Below the pieces are notes generated by a model, which saw nothing but the letters and a program-made list of their open reading frames with translations, was not told the DNA's origin and searched no databases. 64,000 nucleotides of DNA, from positions 124,001-188,000 of the forward strand of contig RSEE01000045.1 in the NCBI GenBank assembly GCA_003971905.1, read 5' to 3'. The position numbers and the translations under genes are program-made. Of this stretch, positions 1-10,730 are shown one piece after another (the first letter of the stretch is position 1; the number at the start of each line of letters is the position of its first letter). The DNA is from Moniliella sp. 'wahieum' (Eukaryota).

Positions 1-1341
1 CCTCCATCGCCTCGGGCGTAGTGGGCACAGTGGCCGGGTCGACGCCCTTAGCAAAGGCGCGGGTCTGGGGGTCCGTGCAGGAGGTGATCCAGTCGGCCGA
101 AGTGGACCGCGGGCGGTCGAGGAAGCCCATGTTGATAAAGTACTGCCGGGCCTCGTCCCGCGGGCCATAGTACATGCAACGGCCCTCGTCAATGACAAGC
201 ACCTTGTCACACTGGTTGAAGATGCCCTCGGAAGCCTGGTACACCGTCACAAACGACGTGGTTTGAGTCATGTCGGTCAAGATACGAATCGACTTGGCAT
301 AGTCCAACGCCGTCGAAGCGTCCAGACCACGGGTGGAGTTGTCCCAAGCCATGACAGAGGCGCCGGCCGTCAACACCTCCAGAATCGACACACGCTTCCG
401 CTCACCCCGACACACCGCGGACGGTGGCCGAACCGACAAGGGTATCCTTGGTGTGCGAAATGTTGACCATCTTGAGAAGTGTGTCGCGCATCATGGCGCG
501 GAACTCGGCCCTGGTGTACCCAGGCAGGGGGGTGCGGTGGCTCTTAAGGCGCAGCGCAAAGTCAAGCGTGCGGCCGACAGTAAGGGTGGCAAGATGGTTG
601 TCATCCTCCTCCGAATACAGGACTTCACCTTGGTAGCGCTTGCCCATTTCCTTGGCGGGAATGCCACCATAGGAAACCTCACCGTCCACGGCAATAAAGC
701 CTTCCCGACGGTTGGCAATCGACTGAAGGAATGGGAGCAGCCAGCACCGGGGCGACCAATGACCAGCACCATCTCACCAGGCCGAGCACAGCCTTGGAAG
801 TTCTGGAGAATGAAACGCTCCTTGGGAGCAAAAGGGTCGTAGCCAAACAGCTTGCACAGGTCGACAAGGGGGCCAATAACCTCAAACAGAGCCATCGAAG
901 GGATGGTGGGCACGTTCATGTCGGTACTGCTCGGAGCGGGACGGCAAGATCATGCCAACTGACACCAAGCGCCTTGCGCTTCCACCCGACCGACTCGGCT
1001 TCGGGCTGGATCGTGCCGATAAACTCGCGGAGGTCGAAGGGGACATACTCGTCCGCATCGGCAGTGCCCCCCGCCGCCTTCTCCACATCGGTCGCCTTGA
1101 CATTTTTCGCTCTCCTCGAGGGCAGTGGCATTACTGGAACGACGAGTGTGGGTGGTGCGGCCGCCGGCCGAGGTGACGCGGGTAAGCTCGGCCTTGGCAG
1201 CGTCAACGTCCACGTGGTGTTCGTCGGCGGGGGGCTGTGGTCAACGTAGGGGTGGGTGTGGCCATAGTCGCGGTCGCGGGCGGCCACGTTGGCCGACTCG
1301 GCGTGGATGCGCGACGAGACGGGCGCGAGATCGACACCCAT
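1..1341 (-). CDS. Pleiotropic drug resistance (PDR/SNQ2-type, ABCG) transporter, N-terminal part; continues off the left edge
   Basis: Fragments across frameshifts: MGVDLAPVSS start, ILQNFQGCARPGEMVLVIGRPGAGCS (degenerate Walker A with Cys, typical of PDR NBD1), YQGEVLYSEEDDNHLATLTVGRTLDFAL, VRGVSGGERKRVSI, WDNSTRGLDASTALDY, VYQASEGIFNQCDKVLVIDEGRCMYYGP. Confidence 0.93.
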
Positions 1342-2132
1342 CGTGGCGGGATGGGCGGGGAGGGGCAAGTGAGGCGGGGGTGGGGCGACGGGGAGGGAAT
1401 GGGATCGGCGAGGGCCGGAGTGCGGGCGAGGGCGTGGGATATATACGGGAGCGGGCGCGGGCAGAATGCACATTCGGCAGCCAAAGCACCGCCGGGGCGT
1501 CGTGCTGCGGGCTGCGCTGTGCTGCCTGCCGTGCCCTGCGTCGCCGCGGCCGCGCCATGGACCGCCCGGGGCGACCTGCGCGCGTCGGCGGCACAACACC
1601 TGCCCCCGTGCGGGCCCCGGCCAGGTCACGCGTCACGCGTCATGCAGGTGTGCCTCTGCGCTGCCACACCGCCGCCACAGCGCCCCGCCGCCGCCCCCCG
1701 CGCAGCCGCCGATTCGGTTGGGCAGCGGGCTGCCTCTATGCCGCCCGCCGACACCTGCCCGTGGCATGAAACCAACACGCAGCAGCTTCTACGTTCCATG
1801 CCTCTCACGCGTCACTTGCACGTCACACGCTGCTCTGCAACGCTGCCTCTGCGCTGCGCCTCCCCCGCCCGCGGGCATCCGCGGCCCGCCAATCCCGCGG
1901 CGCTGCGGATGCTTTGCTTGGCACTGCCCCACTGCCCCGCAGGTTTTTCTCGCTGGCTCACGCTCTCCCGCTGAGCAGCACCCATTCAGTTCATGCCTTC
2001 TTGCTCCCGCCGTACTCACTCAGTACTCAGGTACTCAGTAGCAGTGCTCTGTGTCCTCACCTCCTCGCGCGGCACGCGTCACGCCTTCCGCCTTCCGCCT
2101 CGGCCTCACCCGGCCTCATGCGCCTCACCAGC

Positions 2133-2167
2133 TCACTAGTCACTGGTCACTAGTCACTAGTCACTAG
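2133..2167. repeat. Heptamer array (TCACTAG)x5, one unit TCACTGG
   Basis: Direct reading. Confidence 0.95.
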
Positions 2168-2260
2168 CTAGTCTCTCCTCTCCGGGGCTCAGACGGAGGC
2201 CCCCCTTTTCACCCCGACTCACGCGTCAGACCCGCACGCGCCGCCTAATTTCAAACCTTA

Positions 2261-4787
2261 TGTTGACTGTGATCCTCTGGCTCCCAGTCGGTAGACCAGG
2301 TTCGCCTCGGTTCCATCGGCTTCCACGCTGACGTCCCTGCGTGTCACTGTCCCTGTGCCCTGCACTCTCTCCTGTGTGACTCACTGTCCCTGTGCCTAGT
2401 CCAGCCTCCTATATAGATGCCTCTGTACCCAGACCCAACTCTGGCTCCAATCCATCACTTCTCCTATCCTTCTGCCCGTCCGGCTCCCTAGGCCAACAGA
2501 GCTACAATCTGATCCCCCCGGAAGGGGAGCGCTCTTCAAGCAAGCCCACCCCCAAGCCTACAAGCCCAAGCTAAGCCGCCAAGCCCACAAGACACACCCG
2601 TCCTCCCGCCCAACAACACCACCGCCACAATCGGCACCTTACCGCCACAATCGGCATACTACCGCCACAATCGGCATACTACCGCCACAATCGGCACACT
2701 CGTCCCCCACAGATGGGGCAATGATTTTTAGGGACAACACACGACGGAACAAAACGTGTCGGGTATCGTCAACGAGACGAAATTCCTCCAACGACAAAAC
2801 GGCGCAGGCGAATCGCAGAAAGCGGGGGTGGCTGCTCATCAAGTGCCCCACCCACGGCTACACGCCCGGATTGCCAATTCATCCGGGGCACCTGGGGAAA
2901 GGATGGGGGGGGGTGGTCACCCAACTTCTTCCACTCCTCTTTTCAACAACAAAGAGAACCCAAACAGATCAAGACGGTTGACGCATAGCGCCCGTTCATT
3001 TCCCATGCCCAATGGACCCCACTGGCACCAGGCATGCGGAACCAAACAACTACCAAACGCATCCAATTTGATGCCAAACGACCTTGGACCGCATTTACTC
3101 CAAGTTTCCAATTTCTTCTTTCACTACACCTATAACTGGTGCTTTTACTTTTGCCCACCAAATCGCTTCGGGGCGCAACCCCTACTACTTTTACTTCTAA
3201 GACTTCTACAAGCATCTGGCGGTCGCACAATACACCAACCACAAGCGCTCGGCTCGTTCAGGTGTCATCCTGGACAGCGGGGGTGTAGGCCAGTCGTGTG
3301 GCCATGCACAACTCCAGGCCATTCGTCCCGGTTGCCACTCAAGTCCCCTCTCTACATCCACTGGCAGGAGCTCATCCCACAACCGATGTCTCCGGGTTCC
3401 CTGGCCAGCGGGGGTGTGACTGTGATCCTCTGGCTCCCAGTCGGTAGACCAGGTTCGCCTCGGTTCCATCGGCTTCCACGCTGACGTCCCTGCGTGTCAC
3501 TGTCCCTGTGCCCTGCACTCTCTCCTGTGTGACTCACTGTCCCTGTGCCTAGTCCAGCCTCCTATATAGATGCCTCTGTACCCAGACCAACTCTGCTCCA
3601 ATCCATCACCTTCTCCTCATCTTCTGCCCGTCCGGCTCCCTAGGCCACAGAGCTACAATCTGATCCCCCCGGAAGGGGAGCGCTCTTCAAGCAAGCCCAC
3701 CCCCAAGCCTACAAGCCCAAGCTAAGCCGCCAAGCCCACAAGAACACCCGTCCTCCCGCCCAACACACCACCGCCACAATCGGCACCTTACCGCCACAAT
3801 CGGCATACTACCGCCACAATCGGCATACCGCCACAATCGGCACATCCCCCACAGATGGGGCAATGATTTTTAGGGACAACACACGACGGAACAAAACGTG
3901 TCGGGTATCGCAACGAGACGAAATTCCTCCAACGACAAAACGGCGCAGGCGAATCGCAGAAAGGGGGGGGTGCTCAAGTGCCCCACCCACGGCTACACGC
4001 CCCGGATTGCCAATTCATCCGGGGACCTGGGGAAAGGATGGGGGGGGGGTGGTCACCCAATTCTTCCACTCCTCTTTCAACAACAAAGAGAACCCAAACA
4101 GATCAAGACGGTTGACGCATAGCGCCCGTTCATTTCCCATGCCCAATGGACCCCACTGGCACCAGGCATGCGGAACCAAACAACTACCAAACGCATCCAA
4201 TTTTGATGCCAAACGACCTTGGACCGCATTTACTCCAAGTTTCCAATTTCTTTCACTACACCTATAACTGGTGCTTTTACTTTTGCCCACCAAATCGCTT
4301 CGGGGCGCAACCCCTACTACTTTTACTTCTAAGACTTCTACAAGCATCTGGCGGTCGCACAATACACCAACCACAAGCGCTCGGCTCGTTCAGGTGTCAT
4401 CCTGGACAGCGGGGGTGTAGGCCAGTCGTGTGGCCATGCACAACTCCAGGCCATTCGTCCCGGTTGCCACTCAAGTCCTCCCTCTCTACATCCACTGGCA
4501 GGAGCTCATCCCACAACCGATGTCTCCGGGTTCCCTGGCCAGCGGGGTGTTGACTGTGATCCTCTGGCTCCCAGTCGGTAGACCAGGTTCGCCTCGGTTC
4601 CATCGGCTTCCACGCTGACGTCCCTGCGTGTCACTGTCCCTGTGCCCTGCACTCTCTCCTGTGTGACTCACTGTCCCTGTGCCTAGTCCAGCCTCCTATA
4701 TAGATGCCTCTGTACCCAGACCCAACTCTGGCTCCAATCCATCACCTTCTCCTCATCCTTCTGCCCGTCCGGCTCCCTAGGCCAACA
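2261..4787 (+). mobile_element. Non-autonomous LTR retrotransposon in tandem form (LTR-internal-LTR-internal-LTR), probably Ty3/gypsy-derived
   Basis: Three ~238-bp near-identical LTRs (2261-2498, 3415-3649, 4548-4787). Outer LTRs have TGTTG...CAACA termini; all have an internal TATATAG. Purine tract AGCGGGG(G) lies directly before LTR2 and LTR3. 5-bp TSD CCTTA at 2256-2260 and 4788-4792. Two ~900-bp internal copies with no pol. Confidence 0.9.
2621..2700 (+). repeat. 4 x 20-bp tandem repeat (ACCGCCACAATCGGCAYNYT) in the retroelement leader; degenerate second copy at ~3770-3843
   Basis: Read directly: accgccacaatcggcacctt, then ...catact twice, then ...cacact. Confidence 0.95.
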
Positions 4788-5850
4788 CCTTACACTTGTC
4801 GCCCTCCCGCTCGCCTATCCTGCCTCCTCGTGCCCCCCCCTACGGCCGGGGAGTAGGTTGCCGAGTGCGGTGTGGCAAGGTGTGGCAAAAGCTCCCAAGT
4901 TGCCCGTGGCCTGCCATACCGCTTGTCTCCGTCTTCACCTGTTCCCACCGGTTTTCCAGGTACTCTTCCGATGGTAGTATCACGGCAGTTGCAATCGCAA
5001 TCGACGCAATCCCCGCCGTTACGCATGGCCCTATCGGTCCACCATGAGCAGCGGGCGGTTTGGCTGCTCCATGGCACGGCAAGCCGCTCCTGAATCGGAC
5101 GAGGCAACGAGGAACAGCCTGGAGCAGCGAGAGGACTACGCAGGGCAAACCAAAACCGAACCAACGGAGGCTTTGGATGCTTCATCATGCACATCATGCA
5201 TCATGTTCTCCAAGCTTCACGAGTAGTGAGTCACTAGATTCACTCCCTTCGCCAACAGCAGGAAGAGTGCGTGGTGAGTAACTGAGTACTCAAATGAGTC
5301 GACTGAGTTCGATGACTCGATAAGGCCCAAGGCCGGGAGGGGAACGGGGAAGCGGTGGGAGTGTGACATGTGACGCCACACTGGTGTAGTGGCGCCGACA
5401 GCCCCAGCGGGAACCTTCTTCTTCCAGTTATTCCTTGCATTCCTCGCAGTATTCCTTCCTGGAGGGCAGAAATATTCTCTAGCCTCTGTAGCTCCTGCAT
5501 CACGTGCCATGCAATGCACCATCAACTGCCTGCTCCCTGGTCCTCTACAGGGAGCTGACGGTTACCTCTGCTTGCACCCTGAGGCCTGAGGACATCCTAC
5601 CCTGGCCGCGGGGTTAGGGGTTACCGGTTAGGCCTTAGGAAACCATGCAGGCGCTGTGCAAGCACACCTTATCACATGTTTACACCCCGAGGCCTGACAT
5701 CGTTACCTCGTTAGTTACCAAGTTACTGAGCGAGTTCCGGTTGCCCGTTGCCGGTTGCTGGTTACACGTTACGTGATACGGTTACAGGTTGCAGGGGCCT
5801 GTGAGGCAACCGGTGACAGTCCCCAGCCACTGGCTTCTACCTAGTTGCAG

Positions 5851-5896
5851 TCACTAGTCACTAGCTAGTCACTAGTCACTAGTCACTAGCTAGTCA
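5851..5896. repeat. Heptamer array (TCACTAG)n with two extra CTAG insertions
   Basis: tcactag tcactag ctag tcactag tcactag tcactag ctag tca. Confidence 0.95.
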
Positions 5897-5986
5897 AGTT
5901 AGTCAAACTAGAGCTTCAAGCTTTCAAGTTCCTACGTGGTTTGAAACCTCCGGAAGTTGCCGTTTAAATTTTAGCGTTATCCGGAA

Positions 5987-6015
5987 CGTGGGTTCGAATC
6001 CCACTCTCGTCACCA
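5987..6015 (+). other. Isolated tRNA 3' fragment (T-arm, acceptor 3' strand, discriminator A, CCA), Leu/Ser-like; not a complete tRNA gene
   Basis: C GTGGG TTCGAAT CCCAC TCTCGTC A CCA: perfect T-stem and loop. No matching 5' acceptor strand (GACGAGR) or D-arm found upstream. Confidence 0.8.
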
Positions 6016-7602
6016 TGTGGGGAGGCGAGCAAGGCAAAGGGGAGATCGTGTGATGCAATCAGGGGAAGGCAGCCCGGAGGGCAACAGGGAAGAGCGGAAC
6101 AGGGGCGGAACGGGCCGCCTCGCACACGCCAATGGCACTGGCATTGGGGTTACCGGTTACCGGTTACATGCATCACATGATCGCCATAGGTTCACCTTTC
6201 ATCTCAACGTCAATAACCAAACGTTGGATTGGTCTGTCTGATGGAAGTCGGACCAGACAAAAACGCCTTGGCTATTGTTAAAAGCTCATCAACGAAATGG
6301 GGAAGGAAAGAGAACCAAAAGAAGGCACAGACCGTGCCTGCTCTTCGTCTCATCGTCTGTTGTTCTCACCACACCACAGCTCTACTGTGGTGCATCAGCC
6401 AGAAGGTTGGCCATCCATCACCGCCTAATACTGTACCAGGCACCAATCGACCTGCAACACACGATAAGTAACCCAGAGGGTGTCGGAAGAGCGAAGACGG
6501 TCCATACTCGGGAGTGGGGTCTGCTTCTGATGAGAGCCCGATCTCGCACCCCTCTTTGGTCACCCGGTCGGCATCCGCTCGAAGATCTGAGATTGGAGAT
6601 CCTTGGGGACGGACATATAAAAGGGATAGGAAAAACGAGGTGTTGAGAACCCAGAGTTACTATTACTAGCGACGGGTCACACGCACATATCCACCGGCTG
6701 CGCGTATGACCCTGTTCTAAAGATCTTCCTTGACCCTTTGTTGTCTCTTTCCCTTATCACCGTCGTTTACCGTGTGATTGCATCTCCTTTGCCTCTGGTA
6801 TATAAGGCACCATTCCATATGCACCCTGAATGAATACCATGTGGGCATCCAAGGCAATCCCCTCCTACACGGAGCTTATTCCCCACGAATTTCTCGCCGT
6901 GTGCACTCTGTAGGGACCACGGACAAAAACGGCGGGTGGGCGAGCCTGCCCGCCAGCCTGTATTAAGCACCCTTTGTCTCTCGCGTGCTATAGGTTGTAT
7001 CCACGCCGGTCTGAACGATCAACTATACTCGTGTAATACTCTGTTGCGTAATGATGCGTCGAGAACGAAGGACCGCACCGTCGATTATGTGTGGTGCACT
7101 ATCTAGGCGGGATCCCGTTCGTACGGCTGAGGGCATATCCGTGTGTTTTTGCTTTCTTTAAATCCTGCTTGTATCCTGCTTTGAATTGCTTTGAAGTCGG
7201 ACTTGTACCCAAAAAGATGTCTGGGTCGGAGATGAACTTCCTAACACACATGCATCTCATTTTCCCTGCGTGTTCTTTCATCGTGTGTATATTTATCGTT
7301 TCCTGCGTGGCTCAGAGCGGAGAGCGCCTGCAATTATTCTTTAGGCTTTCCTCTGGCTTTTCTGATTCCTGCGGTGGTGGCGTGTGGGGAACAGTTTCTT
7401 TTTTCCTCTTTTGGTGTTCGCTATTCCTTAATTGCTGAGGCCTGCGGACGTCGTTTGCCCTATTACCTCTTTTCTTGATGGGTTGTCTATTTTTGTTTTC
7501 TATCCTGCCCCTGCGTATGGTCCTTGTTACGGGACGCTCCGGTTACCTCCGGACGCTGAGTCCCGGATGTCGTAGACATCTCAGCCCAACACGCGTCAGT
7601 CC

Positions 7603-8372
7603 TGTTAGATCTTAGACTAGCAAGAGAGAGCCATCAGTACTCAGTCGACACCTTATCGATCTTATCCATGCTGCGGATATCATCGATCATCGATCATCCG
7701 CGACCCGCGAGGGTCGCATGGGCTCATCGGTACGATGCTTCGTGCCCATTGCAGCCAGTCTTCTTTTAGGTAGAACCCTTCCAGCTGCGCCCGACTACGA
7801 AGCGTCAGCGCCTTTGAGAGCATAGGCTGTACATTATAGCTTTTACCTCGCTGGAAAGTGCCCCGCATTCTGTTTATATACCTGTCACATGTCACGCGGC
7901 ACTTGGGGCCTGGTTCCTTCTGTGGTATTATAAAAGGAGCCATGTCTAAGGCTTGCTGTGGTCCTGGCCGACCATCCTGTCTTTGGTCTCCCCGACTACC
8001 CGTTCCTCTCTCGTCCTTCCACCTTCTACTACCCTTATACGCTTACGAATTTACGACTTACGTCGAGTACGCTGCAAGCTGTGATTACTCTCATCCGTAG
8101 CGCTTGCTCTTCTTTAGGACTCTGTCTGTTCCCGCCTACTACAGTGTCCCGAGTGTGGTAACGCTGCGAGGAACAGAGTAACTTCGGAGCTCCTGGACTC
8201 CTTCAACTGGTCTAACGATCTACGTACACGGATCCTACCTCGGAGGGTCTGAGCTGCGACCTTTGCACGCAGGCAGCCACCCAAACTAGAGGGTCTGCCA
8301 CCCAAACTAGAGGGTCTCTCCCTCGCCTCTACACCCTCTCAGTTCAACCAGGATTTGAACCAGAACCTAACA
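7603..8372 (+). mobile_element. Possible solo LTR relic
   Basis: Ends TGTTAGAT...ACCTAACA (7/8 inverted match), internal TATAAAAG at ~7928, and a 21-bp tandem duplication GCCACCCAAACTAGAGGGTCT at 8276-8317. No TSD and no second copy in the window. Confidence 0.4.
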
Positions 8373-10730
8373 TACGAGACACCGATTGGCCTGTCCACAA
8401 GGGTTTATGCGTTTACACCCCTAAACTACAGGGTGGGGGGGGGCACCTCGGGTCCCCCCCATGATGCATGATGCATGACAGTCCTCTTCTTGGCCCCAAC
8501 AGTGCACTTTCCTGCCGAGCGCGTCATTTCGTCGTCGACACTTGGGTAAAAGATGAGTGTCATTTCTTCGTCAGAAGCCATAGCCGTTTGAGACCCACAG
8601 GCACCGCCCCGTTCGACCCTTTATTCTGTATACCTTATCAGCTGTCCCAGACCACATATATGTTCCAGTAACGACACAGCTCTGTTGGTCTTCCGCAGTT
8701 TTCTCTGCTGTGGTCTCCACACCCCCATTGCCGTCAAAGTCCAGTATCTACGATCCTCTCGGTACGGATCCCTCTACCATAATGCATAATCCGAGCATGC
8801 AAGAAGAGTTGAATTGTTCCGATGTCTGCCAGGCCAATGTGACCCTCTCTTCTCGTTGCCTGCCTCACCTTCCACTGAAGTCAACCTTTATAGGGGATAC
8901 CGATATATATATACTTAATTACACACTAATAGCAATCGCCTTCTTGCTTGACCGGGCGCGTACTACAAAGCTACGTTTTGTCACGCCAAGCGGCGCCCCC
9001 GTCTCAAGTGGGCATATTCTCGCCTGCAGGTCTGTTCCGATCCGACAATCCCGTTCTGGCTCAATAACCCGCTTGAGTGGTCTTCCCTCATACTATTTGT
9101 GTGGTTGGGCCTCATCCGTGGGTCCGCCCATGACAGTGGGTGCTCAAGGTGAATGGATTTAGGCCAGCAATGTTTTTTGTGATGATCTGTGGTGGTCACA
9201 GATAGCGATACAATCTCAATCGTGAATCCATCTTGTTTCTTCTGCGGTATAGAGATCAGATCTCAGAGGTGACCGCCGGATGAAAAGAAGCATTTTGCGG
9301 GGATATGCGATGCTGTCTTATATATACCTTGAGACACAATCTCCGTCAGTTTTGTCACAGGCGCCAACATCGCTACGTCCCACTGATGCAAACGACTTTC
9401 CTTTCCTCTTTACCTCACTTCAAGGCCTCCAACAAAAGCCCAACTTTCGTCTCCTCGTATCCAATTTGTCTCTCCGTACTGTATCTTCATCCTATACCTT
9501 AACGGATTCTTCTTGTTTCCGTATCCTCTATCTTTCCGTCGTAGGGCGTATCGTTCGTAGTCTCCGCATGTAACACCGTGGGGGGGATGGGGGGGGTAGC
9601 TTTCCCGACTGGAGACCGTTTTTGCCCATAAGAGCGTGAGTATAATAATGGCTGTGGCCAATCCATAAGCGGGGATTATACAAGACCAGATATCAGGCAG
9701 TTGGTGGTGTATTGCATTAATTGCATACTACGTTATGAGCTACAGAGGCTGGAGAATATTTTTGCCCTACAGGATTGAATATTGGAAGGAATGAGCCGGA
9801 AGGTTTCGGGCTTGGGCTACCGATTCCACTACACCAGTGTGGCACCGTAGGGATGCGTACGTCGGGAGCAGCCCAAAAGCTACCGTGAAGTCACAGTGTT
9901 GAAGTGACTTTTGCCAACGAGTAGCACCACCGACTCTCTCGTGGGCAAAAAGGGCAAAGGGCGGCGGAATAAGTAAGGGCTTTGCCGGAGTAGAGGCGGC
10001 AGAGATTTGTAGGTAGAGGGCGAGGAATAAGCCTGGATCAAAATGAATCTGCTAGAAGAGAAGGTTTGCTCACGGGCCGATGATGGGAATGGTTCGGCTT
10101 TTGGCCATCTCATCAATAGAATCAACTAACAGACAGTATTCACAGTGTGAACAGGAGCGGGGGGATTGGTCACAAGCGGCGAGGAGACAAAGAGAAAATA
10201 GAAAATACATAGTCTGTACTACGCATTGTCTTCCTCCAGACATGCCTCGTCCCATCCTCTTCCTCTACAGTCGGCTCTCGTTGTGGATATAATATGGGTG
10301 TCGGGAATGGAGCGCACGTGGACTGCAGAATGGACTCCCGTACCGCTTCGTGCAATGCGCCAGAGCGGAACTTGGTGCGAGTGTGAGCCATCATGGGCCA
10401 AGCGAGGACATGACACCACACTTGCATCATCCCATGTAGTGTGTGGAACGGCACAAGGTTGTGCGGATGAGCAGTGGACCAATCTGAACTTGCTTTCATT
10501 GTCGGCGAGCCGAAGGCAAACAGCTGTGTGATATAGGATTGAGGAAAGCCAGGTGTGGTTGAGCGCATTGCTGTGCTCGACTACATTGCGACCGCTGGCA
10601 TCATTGATCGTCGTGAACAGTCCCTGCAGGCTAGTTTCTCTCTCTCCCCTATACTCCTATTTCCGTTTCGCTCGACCTCCGCCCTTTTTCTCTAAAACAA
10701 AGAAATAGAAAAGGTCGACCATCGCACACA

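Noticed and set aside
731..2041. Long Pro/Arg/Gly-rich ORFs here and on the antisense strand of many genes
   Set aside because: Expected shadow ORFs of GC-rich DNA; the opposite strand or a promoter explains each region.
2621..2700. 20-bp repeats resembling a CRISPR array
   Set aside because: Contiguous tandem units with no unique spacers, inside an LTR element in a eukaryote, and no cas genes.
5610..5641. Interstitial telomere or telomerase RNA template
   Set aside because: Under two TTAGGGG units, which continue in register as other TTA+N4 units; better explained as part of the heptamer pattern.
5930..6015. Complete tRNA gene
   Set aside because: Only the T-arm and 3' acceptor strand are present; no A-box/D-arm, anticodon arm or 5' acceptor strand.
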